From Psammoneis japonica (lineage: Eukaryota), in contig QPGO01000068.1 in the NCBI GenBank assembly GCA_008632985.1, forward strand, positions 248,001 to 312,000: DNA of 64,000 nt, given 5' to 3'. Positions within the stretch are counted from its first letter, which is position 1. Each line of letters opens with the position of its first letter. Positions 12,439-25,399 of this stretch are shown piece by piece. A program made the translations under genes and the position numbers. The notes beneath the pieces are model-generated. The model worked only from the letters and a program-made list of their open reading frames with translations. It did no database searches and was not told the origin of the DNA.

Positions 12439-14029
12439 GAGAAATGGGAAAGCCTACAGTATATTTACAATAATGACAGTCCATGTTGTTCCTCTCTTTA
12501 TCGAGAGAGTTTTCGTGCTTGCGTTGCAACTTACTTCCACTTGCGTTCATATGACTTGGTCCTCTGTTCTACCACATACTGTTACTACATTGACTGGCAA
12601 TTCCAGTCAAGGGTGCCGTATTAGAACTACTGTGCACGGGTAGTGGCGAAGCTAGTAGTAGTAGTAGCTACAGTAGAGAGTAGAGGCGACAACAGTTCGG
12701 GAAGAAGTAGTTCAAGTTAGTCTCTACTAGCTAGCTACTGGGTCATTTGCAGCCATCGTCTGTCTTCCAACACCATAGAACCTCTAATTACTCTAAAAAT
12801 GCACTCTCGGGATTGATTGCGCGGATGTCGGAATCACATTTCAACGCCAACAACTCGACACTCCAAGTCAAAACAACACATGGTGCCACTGCGTTGTTGT
12901 GTCGACCAAACACACCAAGGACTTGTGGAGAATAGGAAGTTCTTGAATGCACAAAATGACAAGAGAGTTGATGCACCACTCTTGCTTGTTTTGAACCTTG
13001 GGCAACCTGCTTCCTCAAGTGGTGCACTCATTGGTTGATGTCACATTTGACTCTGTGGCTGGTTGAAAGGCTGGTGGGCAGCATTCTCATGATTCACAGC
13101 TTGAGGCATGTTGGTGCACAAACAAATGTGCAATGCCACCTTTGGAGCGTGCTGCTTGCCAGATCTGGAGTCGTCAGCTCTCTGTGCCCAACCTTTGCCA
13201 GCTGGACTCTCTGTCACAATGCACCTTCTCCTGTTGCTGTGGTTGCCTCCATCAAAGTCCCAAGTCCAGACTGCCCCAACCATCAACAAAGCAGCTCCCA
13301 CAGAACTTTTCTGCCTGCTTGTTCCCCGCCCCACAAAGCAGCTTTGGCAACAGCACCACCCAGAAGCTGCCGCCTGAGACACACCCAACTTGGGGTTGTG
13401 GTGCTGGGCTGTTCACATCACAAAACAAGGTGTTTCTGGTGCTGGGGCTGGCAATGTGGAGCCCTTCCTCTGCAAGCTTCCCAGGGGCATGCCAGTGCCT
13501 CTAGAGTGCCAGCCCAACCACAAGAGTCATGCAATCCTTGCCAGTGCCTTGCCAGCAGGGTGCTGTGCCAAAGCTGCCACAGCCTTGGACACCAGCAGAT
13601 TGACGCCAATGCAGCCATGGCAGCAGCACTTTGTGCCACCAGCATGGAGTGCAAGCTGCCTGGACTGCCCCACCCCACACATGACAGCCCCTCTTGCAGC
13701 TGACATGTGCCAACCTGAGGGACATTGCCATGAAAACTCCCCGAGCCAAAGCAAGAGCTTGCATGTGCTCCCCTGTTGGCACCCAAAGTGCTGCATCACT
13801 GCAAAATGGTGTGTGCTTCCTCAAGCTTGCTCGTTGGTGCCATGGGCCAACTTGTTGGCTCACCACTGTGCCCCACAGCACAAGCAGCAGAGCTCACACT
13901 TTGCCACGCCATGGCTCTGGCTGAGATGACAGATGTGCACTCCACACAAACAACAACGCATGCTCCTAAACAACAGCCCATTGAAATTTGCTTGCTCACA
14001 TCACAAATGTGTCAAACACAACATTCTCA

Positions 14030-15165
14030 GACATGGGTGTGAGTTGGCCGGGGCAGGGCCAGTTGGTCGCACACGTTTGGGTTCAATGTGACTGTGCAAC
14101 TGGCCATGCCCTGCAGGAAAAGCTGTTGGGTGGTTGGTGGGTTTCAGGTTGGTGGCGTGAGTAGAAGCAACAAAGCAAAAAACATGGCACAGGTCAAAAC
14201 GTTGTAAAATGACGTGACAACAAACAATCAGAAGAATCCCAACTTGACCCAGGAACAAAGTGCATCAATTTTGTTCAATCAGTTTAATCTTGTCTGGAAA
14301 TGCCTGCTTGCAGCTCCGTGAATGGCATTTGAGTTGTTTGCCATGGTGTTGTTGTGCATCATCGTGCGCTGTCATTTGGGCTTGAGGGTTTGGGGGGGGG
14401 GGGGGGGGGGCACTTTGCAATGAAAAGGGGAACACCCCAAAAAAAGCGGGGGAGAGAGAGAGCATGATCTTGTCCGAGAAAACTGTTGATTCTCATTGAA
14501 CAAGTTCCTCAGCAGAGAAAAGACCCTCTGCCCGGCTCAACCAGAAGACAGCTGAACCAAGGCAAGAGACATGCAGCCTCAAACCAGTGGTGTGACTGCA
14601 GCTTGCAGTTTGTGGTGCACTGTCATGGTCAGTGCTGTGCAGTGGGCCCCAGCTGGCAGCAGTTGGTGCATGGCACACACACACACTGGCACTGGCTTGT
14701 GGCCCATCTCGCAGACAAAACAAACTGGGAAGCCCCAGCTCCCCCCCCCCCCAACCCTTGAGCCTGCTGTCATTGTGCGCAAAAGATGGGGTTCCATGTC
14801 ACCCATGGTGAATCTGTTTTGACAATGGTGGATGTTTGGCTGCATTCAATCTGAGGACAATTTGAGAAGTGCTTTGGGGCGTGACCCTGTTTGGACCATT
14901 AAATGGGGGTGTTTTTTGTGAAGATTCCAGACTGTTTTGTGGGTGTTCTGTCACATTGTTGAGTTTGGGTGTGTGTGTTTGAAAGGCACAAGAAATTTCA
15001 ATGATGTTTAAAAGCCTCAGGAACACACATAAATCCATGTTCCCTTCTGATCGTGCAGATTGTGCACCGGTGAAAATCCACTGCAGTCGATCCACTCAGC
15101 AGCAATTCTGCACGCGCATGTTCTGCTCTGCTTGCACCTCACACATGCGCACACGCCTGCACAGT
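14030..15165 (+). repeat. Dispersed repeat (probable DNA-transposon terminal region); inverted copy at ~44850-45545
   Basis: Colinear reverse-complement matches, e.g. CCCTGCAGGAAAAGCTGTTGG, GCTGCATTCAATCTGA, TTTGAGAAGTGCTT, CACACGCCTGCACAG. Confidence 0.85.
14377..14765. mobile_element. Mutator-like MITE with G-rich TIRs and a 9-bp TSD
   Basis: GCTGTCATT at 14368-14376 and 14766-14774; TIRs GGCTTGAGGGTTTG(n) / C(n)AACCCTTGAGCC; the homologous copy has a single empty site at 45238-45246. Confidence 0.85.
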
Positions 15166-15260
15166 CTAATGACCACATGCTGTGTGCACAAGAAAAAACA
15201 ATTCACGTGATTTTGTCATGGAACTCGCATTCACCAAAAGCTTTGGGGGGGTGGGGGACC

Positions 15261-15637
15261 ACAAGCAGTGAGCACCTCCATTTTGTGGGAAAAAACCATC
15301 AAATGATTTGTGGGTGCATGTGTTTCAATGACCACATCTCTGCCACAAACCCTGTCATCCAAACAAACCCTCTGTGCCTTGCCCCCCCCTTTTTTGCATG
15401 GGAGGAATTTGTTTCACTCATTCTCTTTGTCAGAAAATGCAATCTGAGAGGACTGGGCACAAGTTTCTGGAGAAAACAAATGGCAGAACCAAATTTCTTG
15501 CACACAAAAAGGCAGGTGAGGCACTGAGGGTTTGTTCGGATGATGGGGTTTGTGGCAGAGATGTGATCATTGAAACATGTCCACCCACTCAATTGTTTGA
15601 CATTTTTTTTCACAAAATGGAGGTGATCACTGTTTGT
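15261..15637. mobile_element. Foldback/hairpin MITE-like element with ~175-bp inverted arms
   Basis: CAGTGAGCACCTCCATTTTGTG...CACAAAATGGAGGTGATCACTG; arms pair nearly to the centre, and many mismatches are TG versus CA. Confidence 0.8.
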
Positions 15638-16695
15638 TGCTGCAATTTAGAAAGTTCCATGTTGACTTTTGACACAGGGTTTTTGCATGCTGCATCATTT
15701 GTGCACAGAGAGAACTAAATCTCAACCTTCAACAATGAAATTTGTGATGAATCACTGTCACAACAGAGCTGACAATGCCACACCCTTGGAGCAAACCCGC
15801 AGCAAACAACTGCCTGTCATGTTTTTGCACAGATTGTGCATGATGTGACACTTTTGTGCTGTGTTGCATTGACGTGCGCATGCATGACATGTCACAATTC
15901 CTTTGCTGTGCGTGGTGGTTGAAGGCAGGGTTAAAAACGTTGATTTTTTTCTGGTGGCAAGCCCAATGTGTGTGCGCAATTCAATGTGCACCACAAGTGG
16001 CAATCAATGCTTGCACGTTGTTTGTTCATTAAATTGCAACACATGAAAAATGTGCACACTCTGCATGAAAAATCTTCTACAATGTGCAGATCCTGTGTGT
16101 CATTTTGTGTGCCTCCAAACACAAAGGCCACTGTTGCAGAGTTTTGCAGCAATGACACTCAGTTTTTAGTGCTGTGACAAGTGACAGCTCTTGGAATGTT
16201 TCTTGAAAAGCAAAGGAGGAACAGGCACTCCTCATCAAGGGCTTGACAAAGCATGACAAACTTGCAAATGCAATGCTGGCGTGCAAGCCTGGGGGACAAC
16301 ACAAGAGATGTGCCCAGCATCAGCTGGCATGTTGATCTTGATCCTGACTTTCAAACATGTGCTTGTGGACCAAAAAGTCCATTCAGATAATTCACAAATT
16401 TGTCAAGATGGGAAGACTGATTGTGCAAGCTGACGGCACAGGTGGCAACTGGCTGGCAAGGGGGCCAGATGGTTGATGATGATGTTTTGTTGCTCAGGGG
16501 GGTCATTGAGCAACAAGGCAAGTGACCAAGTGATGAGGCGAGTGACCCAAGTGGTGAGGCGAGTGGCCAAGCAACAAGCTGAGTGACAAATTTACACAAC
16601 AGAGTGACAAATTTACATGACGGAGCCCTCCACTGCATGCCATGAATGCAGACTGGCATGCTGCACATGCACAATCATTTGTTTCAGGCAATTTG

Positions 16696-16823
16696 AATTT
16701 GCACATTGTTGTGTCTGTGAAGCACACAATGTTGAAATGCCAGTGGTGAAAGCCACACAATTTGCACATTGTTGTGTCTGTGAAGCACACAATGTTGAAA
16801 TGCCAGCAGTGAAAGCCACACAA
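16696..16823. repeat. 63-bp tandem duplication
   Basis: AATTTGCACATTGTTGTGTCTGTGAAGCACAC... at 16696 and 16759, differing at CAGTGG versus CAGCAG. Confidence 0.9.
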
Positions 16824-19579
16824 GAGTCATCACACTGATGTTTCCAACATGCGCAGGGCCCCACCAGTTAGTTGCACCAGATTGATGAGCCACAACAATG
16901 CCCAAAGCACTGCAAAACAACAACAGCAAGCAAAACAATGCAACAAAAGCAAAACAACAATGGGGCATTGTTCCACCACTGTGGAGCAGTTGAAGCAAGC
17001 AAGAACAAGGGTGGCTGCAATGAACAAAAGCAATGCACATGCACAAAACTTGTGGAAACAGCATGAAAATGGCACAGTGCAAAGCAACAGCATAACACCA
17101 ACTCTCTCAACAAATCACATGCATCCAAATTAGTCACACACGCAGCTCTCACCTGTCCAATTGCTGCACATCAGTCAATTCACAAGCAACCGTGAGTCCA
17201 TGGCCATGCAGTCATTGTTAAAATGAGCATTGTGTGTGTCAAATTCTGTGCCAAAAGAGGGTCCCAGAAAGTTGATTCAAATTGCAACTGTTGCATGGAA
17301 TCCTGCATGGCAAGTGCAAGCATTGGCTGCTCTGGCTGGAATTCACAAATGCACACAGTCATTTGATCCTGCTTGGCCAGTTGCCCACGCAACTGATGAC
17401 ACTGAAGACTTCAGCCCACCATCACCATGCTTCAGACAATGCCTGAAGACATGGCCCCTGAAGCCGATCAAAAATGTCCTTGGCTGGTGACAGTGGGCTT
17501 CAGTCATCACTCTCGCCAATTGTTTGCAGTGTCTTGAACATTGAACAAGACCCAAGCAAGAAAGACAAACTCATGTGTTCCATTGTTGCTGGCTTTGTGA
17601 AACATGCCATCCTTGATGGAGATGGGACAAATGACAAAGGAGTGGGCAAATTGCTGCCACCCACAACTTTTTCAGAGATGAGTCACAACAAGAACATGGG
17701 AAAAGACCTCACAAACTTTTTCAACAAGTTGAAAGAGATGGGAAAAGTTTGCACAAAGATGAAGCTGCAACAATGCTGCTGTTTTGTTTGACAGATTGCT
17801 CAACTCAAATGCAGAGTCTCACCCTTTGTGCAAGACTCTTGTGAAAAGGCAGTGCTGCACATGTTTTAAGTCAATTTCTCCAAGCAATGATGATGCTGCC
17901 AAGTCAATGGGGACAATGATGTGCAACATGATTTGTGGGTGCTCCTTGGATGGCAAAAGTGGTGACATGGATGTTGACACAGAGAAGGAAGGTGCAGCAA
18001 AAAAGTTTGGTGCATGCTGTTGAAACAAGGTGGCACTGAAGTGGTGGTGTCATTGCCTCACTCACCTTTTGATGGCATCATGAGTCCGTTGTGCTCTCCA
18101 CATGCTGCAAAGTGCACCCAAGAAACTTTGCTCACAAAGATCCCATTTTGGCGTTGGGGTGCTGTTGACTCAACAGAGACAGCAAAGAGCATGAGGATGC
18201 AGTGCAGCAATCAATTCTGCAAGGCCATCATGAGAGCCAAGAAGCACATTGAAAATGCTCATGAGCACACTTGAGAGCCAGCCAAATGCATGCTTGGTCA
18301 ATGGGATGAAACTTTTTTGTTCAACAAAGCATTCGTTCATGCCCTGGAAACCACAGATGCTTGAATGGAGAGTTTGGATTGGCGCATTGCCAAGTGGAGG
18401 TGTGCTGAGTTGAGGAGCGCCAGTGGAGAAGAAAGTGCTGGCGGCATGCAAAAATGGTCAATTTTGGCTCTGATTGGGAGATCAACAAAAACTTGAGGAA
18501 CAAGCTGGGGGGTGTTTTTAGAGAAGCACGTGTTGAGAAAGCAATGTCATGGCATCTTCATGTTGAGGTGACTCTCAATGACAATGACAAACAATTCTTC
18601 AACTGTGCAATGCTCAACAATTTTGTGAAAAACAAGCCTCAATGAAACAAGGGTTGAAAGAAGGTCATGGTGAGCTGCTCTGGAAATTCATGGAAATGTC
18701 TTCGTCGTCATGTTCGGTGGATCCAAAGTGACTGTGTCAGGTGCAAAAGCAACGAGCAACTTGAGAGCAGTGCAGCTGCTGCATTTCTTGCCAGTGCTTG
18801 GCCTCTCTGGAAACACTTTGGGAACTTTGCATTGTTGCACTTGCACTCTTGTGTCACCCACCATCTGAACAGGAATGACAGTCATTGCCCTGCTGGCGGC
18901 ATCGCTGAAATGTCATTGTCAAGATTTTCTGGTGTGCATGTGAACGATGCTTCCTGCGCGGTGCTCCCTGTGGAAACCTTGGTGCGGTCTTTGGGTTCAA
19001 AACCAAGGTGTCAAGATTGAAGAAGATCAGATGTGCACGCGGTCATGATGCCAACATCTGAGTTGTCAAAAAATTCCACAACTTTTTTGTCAGCAACTTT
19101 GGATTTGTTTGCAAAAAAAGAGATTTTCAAACAACAAAAAAGTTGGCAACAAATGCAGTTTCTACTTCCTGCAGTGTTGTGGGTGATCTGATCAATCAAC
19201 ATCAACTTTTGACTCTTTTTTTTTGCACAAAGCTGTTCAAAAATTGCAGTTGGTGATTTTTTGGATGTTGAAGTGCAGTGCAGTCATCACCCAAGGTGCA
19301 AACTCTTGAGCTCTCACACACAGAAATCTGTGGGCCCATGTCACATGGAGCCCTGCCTGGTGCTGGAATGCACTTGCTTTGCTGTTGGATCTTTGGAGAA
19401 AAATGACAGCAACAACAACTCTGTTGTGAAGGAATGCAACAAATGCAACCCAATGACACCAGGGCCAGAATGCACAACTTCTCTTGACAAGCACATTTGT
19501 GGGAAGGCCACATGAGTGCAGAACAATGGCAAGCAGCAAAATGGCTGCAAGGCATGCATTTCATGCAACGCTGCCATGC

Positions 19580-20008
19580 AGTGTGTGTTGCACTGACGCA
19601 CAGCACAAATTGTGCATGCATCAGGATTGCACACACTGCAGCAGTGATGGCACATGCATGAAAGCCCAGGGGGGGCTCTGTGGCTCAGCAACTCAGCGAG
19701 ATCTGAGCAGCAGTGAGTGTCCATGCAAGCAGTCTGTGTGAACATTGACAGGCCATCAATGCAAGCATGACAAAGCACAGCATGAAGAAGGTAGCAGCAC
19801 ATGTGGGCATGCATGGTGATGCATGAATGGAATCAGAGAAACTGGTCACAGTTGATTGCGTGCAATCCAAAATGTAAACTGGTGGGAAATTTACATGATT
19901 GCCTGTTGAAATGATTCCACTTTCCAGACAACAGACTGGTCTCATGTTTTTCCATGAAACAACACTTGCAACCTGCTTTTTTTTTTTGCCTGACAGTGCA
20001 TGAGGCAC
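19580..20008 (+). repeat. Diverged direct repeat; second copy at ~34741-35085
   Basis: Shared CTCTGTGGCT, AGCAGCAG(T/C)GAGTGTC and GCCTGACAGTGCATGAGGCA in the same order. Confidence 0.7.
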
Positions 20009-23000
20009 AGCAATGTCACTCCCATGAGTGTCCATCCAAAGGTCACAATGTTGGTCAAACTGTCAACAAGCCAGCCAACCATGAAGAAGCAGATTGAGCT
20101 GCTTGCTCCATCAAAACATCTGGGAAAAAAGTGCTGTCAAAAGCAGAGCACCAGATGCACATGAGCCAAGGAATTCACCAGCTGATGCTGACAGTCCAAT
20201 GCATGAGCCAAGTGTTTTGCACTTTTCTGCAGGTGCGCGCAAAGAGCACCTGTTGTTCCTGCACAGTGCTGAATGTGTCATGGCAGCTCAACATGTTGCT
20301 GTGGGTCCAAAGCAGTTTTGCTTGTGCAGCAGTTGTTGGAAGGCAATGCCTTGACCATCTTCAATGGTGAATCTGAGATCCCATGACATGAAAATCATTG
20401 CATCATTGCAGTGCAGGAGCACTGCTGCAGAAGCATCATTTGCAACATTTCATGTGCAAGCTGGTCAACATGCAAACTCATGTGATTGTGTTGCAAGGGC
20501 CATTGAACTCAGTGGCCATGCTGCATTGTTTCTGCTGGTGATGTAAAATGGTGCAACACCTGCTGGTTGACTTGCTCAAATGTGGAGTGCCTGATGCATG
20601 GCAGAAGAGTGTGATGATTTTCCAGGACTGTGACACATTGGCACATGCAACTGCATTCAGTGAGCATGTTGAGCAAGTTGAACTTGCTGCAAAGGTGAGA
20701 AGGAAAGTCACACCCAGGTTCCCAAGAAGCAGTGCTGCAGAATGGACAATTCTTGGTCTTTGACTGCAGTTCAAGAGAAGTCCCTTGAGCACTGCATGCT
20801 GCATGGGGACAACAGAACCAGCATCATAGAAGAATGTTGCAGCTTGAGACATCAGGTTGAACATCTCAAGACATCCCAGTCAGACAACTGAGTCATTTTT
20901 TTCTGCCAAATCATGGCTTTTTTTTTGCTGCCGGCCCCACCACTGAGAATGGTGGGCACATGATGCATGAAGCGGCAGCCATGCTAACTCAACAAGCATG
21001 ACTTGGTTTCAGTGCAAATTTGATGCATGATGCAGTGGGGCCCTGCACATGGCATGCCGCAGCCAAAAACCATGGAAACCACATCACCATGGAGACTCTG
21101 TGGTCACCATCATCTCAACGGCATTGCCCTAAAGAGCCGCAGCAATCAACAGCACATTGCATCTTGTGAACTCATGCATGGTGGAATTGGCGTGTGCTGA
21201 GAGTGCAATGGACTTGTTGTTGACTCATGTGGTTGAAAAGCAACGGGCAAAAAATTGAACATTTCAGCTGTTTTCACTGTGATCAGTTAACTTCAAAGCA
21301 CAGTGTGCTGCAGACACAAGAAATTAGTTGACACATGAGCACTGTGGTGCATTTCTGTTTGTTGATGGAGCACATTGCATTGGCGATCACCACTGTTCTT
21401 GCTGCGTTTTGACAAGTCATGGAGAATTGGAAAAATCAAACAATGCTCTTCACATTGCACGAGTCACCGCCCACACACAGAGCATGCACATTTTTCATGG
21501 GTCAAAATTTAATCAATGGACAATGTGTGGGCATTGGTTGCCAAGTGTTGCACACATTTGACTCTGAATGTGTGCATCACACCATCTCTTGTCCTGTGGC
21601 TTGTGAAAAGGTGCTCCATTCCTTCTTCTCAGCAGTCTTCTTGCAGGCCTGTTCCAGCTCCAGGTGATGTGCACAGGGTTGATTCCCATCACTGGCCCAT
21701 TTTTGCATTCAGCACAACAAACTCCTTCAAAATCAGGTTTTTCCCAAATTGAAGGGTGAGCGCACACAAAACTCATGTCATTTTGTGTGCACTCACCTTT
21801 GTGGATTTCTCATCACCTGGGCTGGAATGGGCCTGCAATTGGCCTCCTTGCAAACCCCAATCTTGCAACCGCAGTTGCTGCCATGTGTCTTCCATCAAAC
21901 TGTCACCTTTCCCAATGTAAGAGAGAATCTCTTTTGCATTTTGAGTTGTTCAGTTTGAGTTGTCCTCGCATGTGGTCCATCAATCATGCCTTTGCATTCT
22001 GTGCTGCACCAACCTCCCTTGATCCCTTCCACCTGATCTTGTTGTTCTCTTCAGTGTCCATTTTTCTCATGTGCATGGCACCTTGTGCCTGACAAAGCAT
22101 TTTGACACATGACAACAAACTCCACTCCACTTGCCTTGCTGCAACTTGGCTGGCCTTGTTGCCATGGCCAAAGTGCAAGAAAGATTTTTGTTGCAGACAG
22201 CTGGGGAAAGGAAGATTTGAGGTTGGCTCATGTGAGCTGATGATGTGAACACACCACTTGCAGATGATGTGGCAACCAACTGTCCACTTTGTGCCATGAC
22301 AAAGATGCGCAGCATGACTGTTGTTTGCTGGTGGACCATGGCAATGGGCTGTGATGTGATTGAGGGTGGGAGCGGGACCCACGGCCACATTGGACCCAAG
22401 ATGTTTTTCAAAGCTTTTGATCTTTGTGCTGATGCCTGATGTGCATGATGTGGCAACACTGGATTTGTTCCATTGGGTGTTGACAATTCTCCAGCTCACA
22501 TGGCAAAAACACAAACATGCTCCCTTTTGAGCATGACAAGAAGGAGGTGCCCCACAATGTGCAAATCATCAGGGTCAGAACTGGGCCAGTGTGCTGCATG
22601 TGGCACGGAAATCTGGCATCAAACTCTGCAGCCAATGCTCAAAGCAAATAGAACTTCACTGCACCAAGTGATTTCTTTGGTGGCCCTGCACACCTTGGAG
22701 CCCACAACATGCTCTGCAAAAAGCGACATTTGCCATTGTGCTCCACTTCACACAATTCCAGCTCCATGAAACTTGTGGTCATCATGCTTCATGGGCACTT
22801 GTGCTTGAGTCTTTCCAATGACTTGTTGTGCATCAAAAATTCTGGTTGCTTGGAAAAGAACACCATCGCACATTTGCACTCCATCTAAAATGGTCTCACA
22901 ATTTTCACAACACCAAAATCTCTGCATTGCAAGTGCTCATTCCCTGTTTCTGCACAGGTTGCTGGACTCAAAACAACTCATTGCAACATCTGGAGCAACT

Positions 23001-23179
23001 GGCTCTCAAGTTGTGTTTCCTTCCACGTCATGTGGCAGCAACAAAGATGCAGGAGCTTGTCTTGTCTCTTCAAGGCAACTGGTCAATCAGCAAAGCAAAA
23101 ATTTTGCTGCCTTGAGTCAGCACCCTTTTGCTGTGATGTTTGAAATTTCAAGTTTGACTGTTGCATGCAAGAAGTGACA

Positions 23180-24530
23180 CAAGGCCCCAAGCTCACAAGA
23201 CAAGCCTGGGAGCACACCAAACCATTGCTCTCAAGGTGTCATGTGGCCCCTGCTGGGGATGTTCAGTGCCCTGAGCCTGCTCTTGTTGCCACCCTTCCAC
23301 TCTCATGTTTGAAATTTCTGGTCAAAAGTTGGCAAGGAGAAAGTGAGGTGAGGCCACAACTGCACAAGACAGGCCTCAGAGCACTCAACCACAGTTCTCA
23401 AGGTGTCACCTGGGCCCCACTGGGGATGTTCAGTGCCCTCAGTCTGCTCTTGTTATGCCTGTTTGCCCCACAATGGGGCCCTTCCATTCTTGTGTTTGAA
23501 ATTTCTGATCAAAACTTGGCAGGGAGAAAGAAAGGCAAAGCCCCAACTGCACAAGGCAGGCCTTGGATCACCCAACCATGGCTCTTAAGGTGTCGCGGGG
23601 ACCCCACTGGGGATGTTCAGTCGGTGCCCTCAGCCTGCTCTTGATGTGCCTGTTTGCCCCACAATGGGGTCCATCTGTTCTCAAGTTTGAAATTTCTGGT
23701 CAAAACTTGGCAGGAAAAAGAGAGTTGAGGCCCCAACTGCACAAGACAGGCATTTGAGCACCCAGCCATTGCTCTCAAGGTGTCACCTGGGACCCACTGG
23801 GGGTGCTCAGTGCCCTCAGTCTGCTCTTGTTGCATCTGTTGGCCTCACCTTTGAAACCTCAATTTTCTTGTCCATTGTGTGCAACAAGTGATGAAGAGGC
23901 ACAAACTGCACAACAAGACAAGTCTTGGAATGCCCAACCATGGCTCTCAAGGGGTCACTCGGGACCTGCCAGGGATGTTCGATGCTCTCAGTCTGCTTTT
24001 GTTGCATCTGTTCACCCCACAATGGGGTCTTTTCATTGCGATGGTTAAAATTTCAAGTTTCTTGGACATTGTGGTGGGCCATTCAAAAAGTGAAATGAGG
24101 CTTGAACTGCACAAGGAAGGCAATCATGGTTCTCAAATTGCCCCCTTTGCTTGAGATGCACTGGAGATGTTCAACACTCTCAGCTTGCAATGTTGTCATG
24201 TTTGTTGGCTCTGCCATTGGGTCCTTCCACTCTGGGGGACAAAGTTTCATGATGTCTGAGCAACCCTTTTGTGAAACAAGTCACATGACAACACAGGTGC
24301 ACAAGACAGGCCCATGACCACTCAACCATGTTTCTCAGAGTGTGCCCTGGGACCCACTGGAGATGTTCAATGCCCTCAACTTGCAGCTGTTGTGCTGGTT
24401 GGCTCTGCCATTGGGTCCTCCCACTTTGATTGTTGGTGTGTCAGTGATTTGCTTTTGTGTGTGAAAAGTGACATGACATGACATGACAAATGCACAAAAC
24501 ATGCCCATGACCACTCAACCACAGTTCTCA
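23180..24530. repeat. Tandem array of about 8 diverged 170-200-bp units
   Basis: Recurrent CCCCAACTGCACAAGACAGGC...CAACCATGGCTCTCAAGGTGTC...CCCACTGGGGATGTTCAGTGCCCTCAG near 23184, 23352, 23540, 23729, 23898, 24099, 24295, 24487. Confidence 0.85.
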
Positions 24531-25399
24531 AGCACACTTCATCTGATTCAAACAGTGCTCAACATCCAGCTGTCAAACACAACATGACAGCTTGCAAACA
24601 AAAAATTGTGCAACAATTCAAGCTGAAAGAAAAACTCATTCAAGGCAACCCAAATCATTGAAATCTGTGCAAACAGAAAATGAACGGAGCCAAAAAAATG
24701 ACTTCTTGCACAATGATGCAGAGATTCACAACCAGGCTGACTGGCTTGGCATTGCACCAGAAACACACCATTGCTGCCACACAAATCAACACAAAACACA
24801 AGATGCATCCAAGCATCCTGTGTGAAATGACAGCATTGCAAAAATGCACCAACAATGGACAGACTGTGCGCACCCTGACAAAGAGAAGAAATGAGAAAGG
24901 CAAGAGTGCTAAAGTGAGGTTTGAAAGCAAGCCGTTTTCAGAGCAATGCAAAAAACTGATGCAATTGCACACTCTTGAAACTCAGATGAATTGGCACAAT
25001 TTGCATGAGCAGGAAGCACCACATTGCAAGGTTGCACAAAGGCAAGTGGAGGCAGTGTGATTGTGAAACAGTTGCCAAAAACATGCAAAACTCATGAATT
25101 GTCTGCTTTCCTCTCATCAGAGGCATTGGTGTGGCCCGACTCACACAACGAAAAAAGCCACCTGCTGTTGTTGAAAGATGAAACCTGCTGGGAGTCAGAC
25201 ACCTGTCCAAGCATGGACACAGATTGGAGAACAACACCATGCCATCACAGCCAAGAACAATGAGATGATGCCATGTGGACCACAAAAATCTGTGCCAAAA
25301 GTGCGTGCAAGCACAAATGAAAACACAATGGAGCAAAGACAAGAAAGATTGCATCAAGAACATGCAGCATGAAAAGTTGATGCCATCAGAAGCTCAAAC

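Noticed and set aside
14382..14761. TTGA flanks read as a mutated TTAA TSD (piggyBac/Kolobok)
   Set aside because: The empty site in the homologous copy shows the duplication is GCTGTCATT; TTGA lies inside the TIRs
17300..22900. Long degenerate coding-like stretches
   Set aside because: No motif could be recognised with confidence; consensus reconstruction is needed
23180..24530. Repeat array as CRISPR-like
   Set aside because: Whole units are homologous, with no unique spacers and no cas genes, in a eukaryotic context
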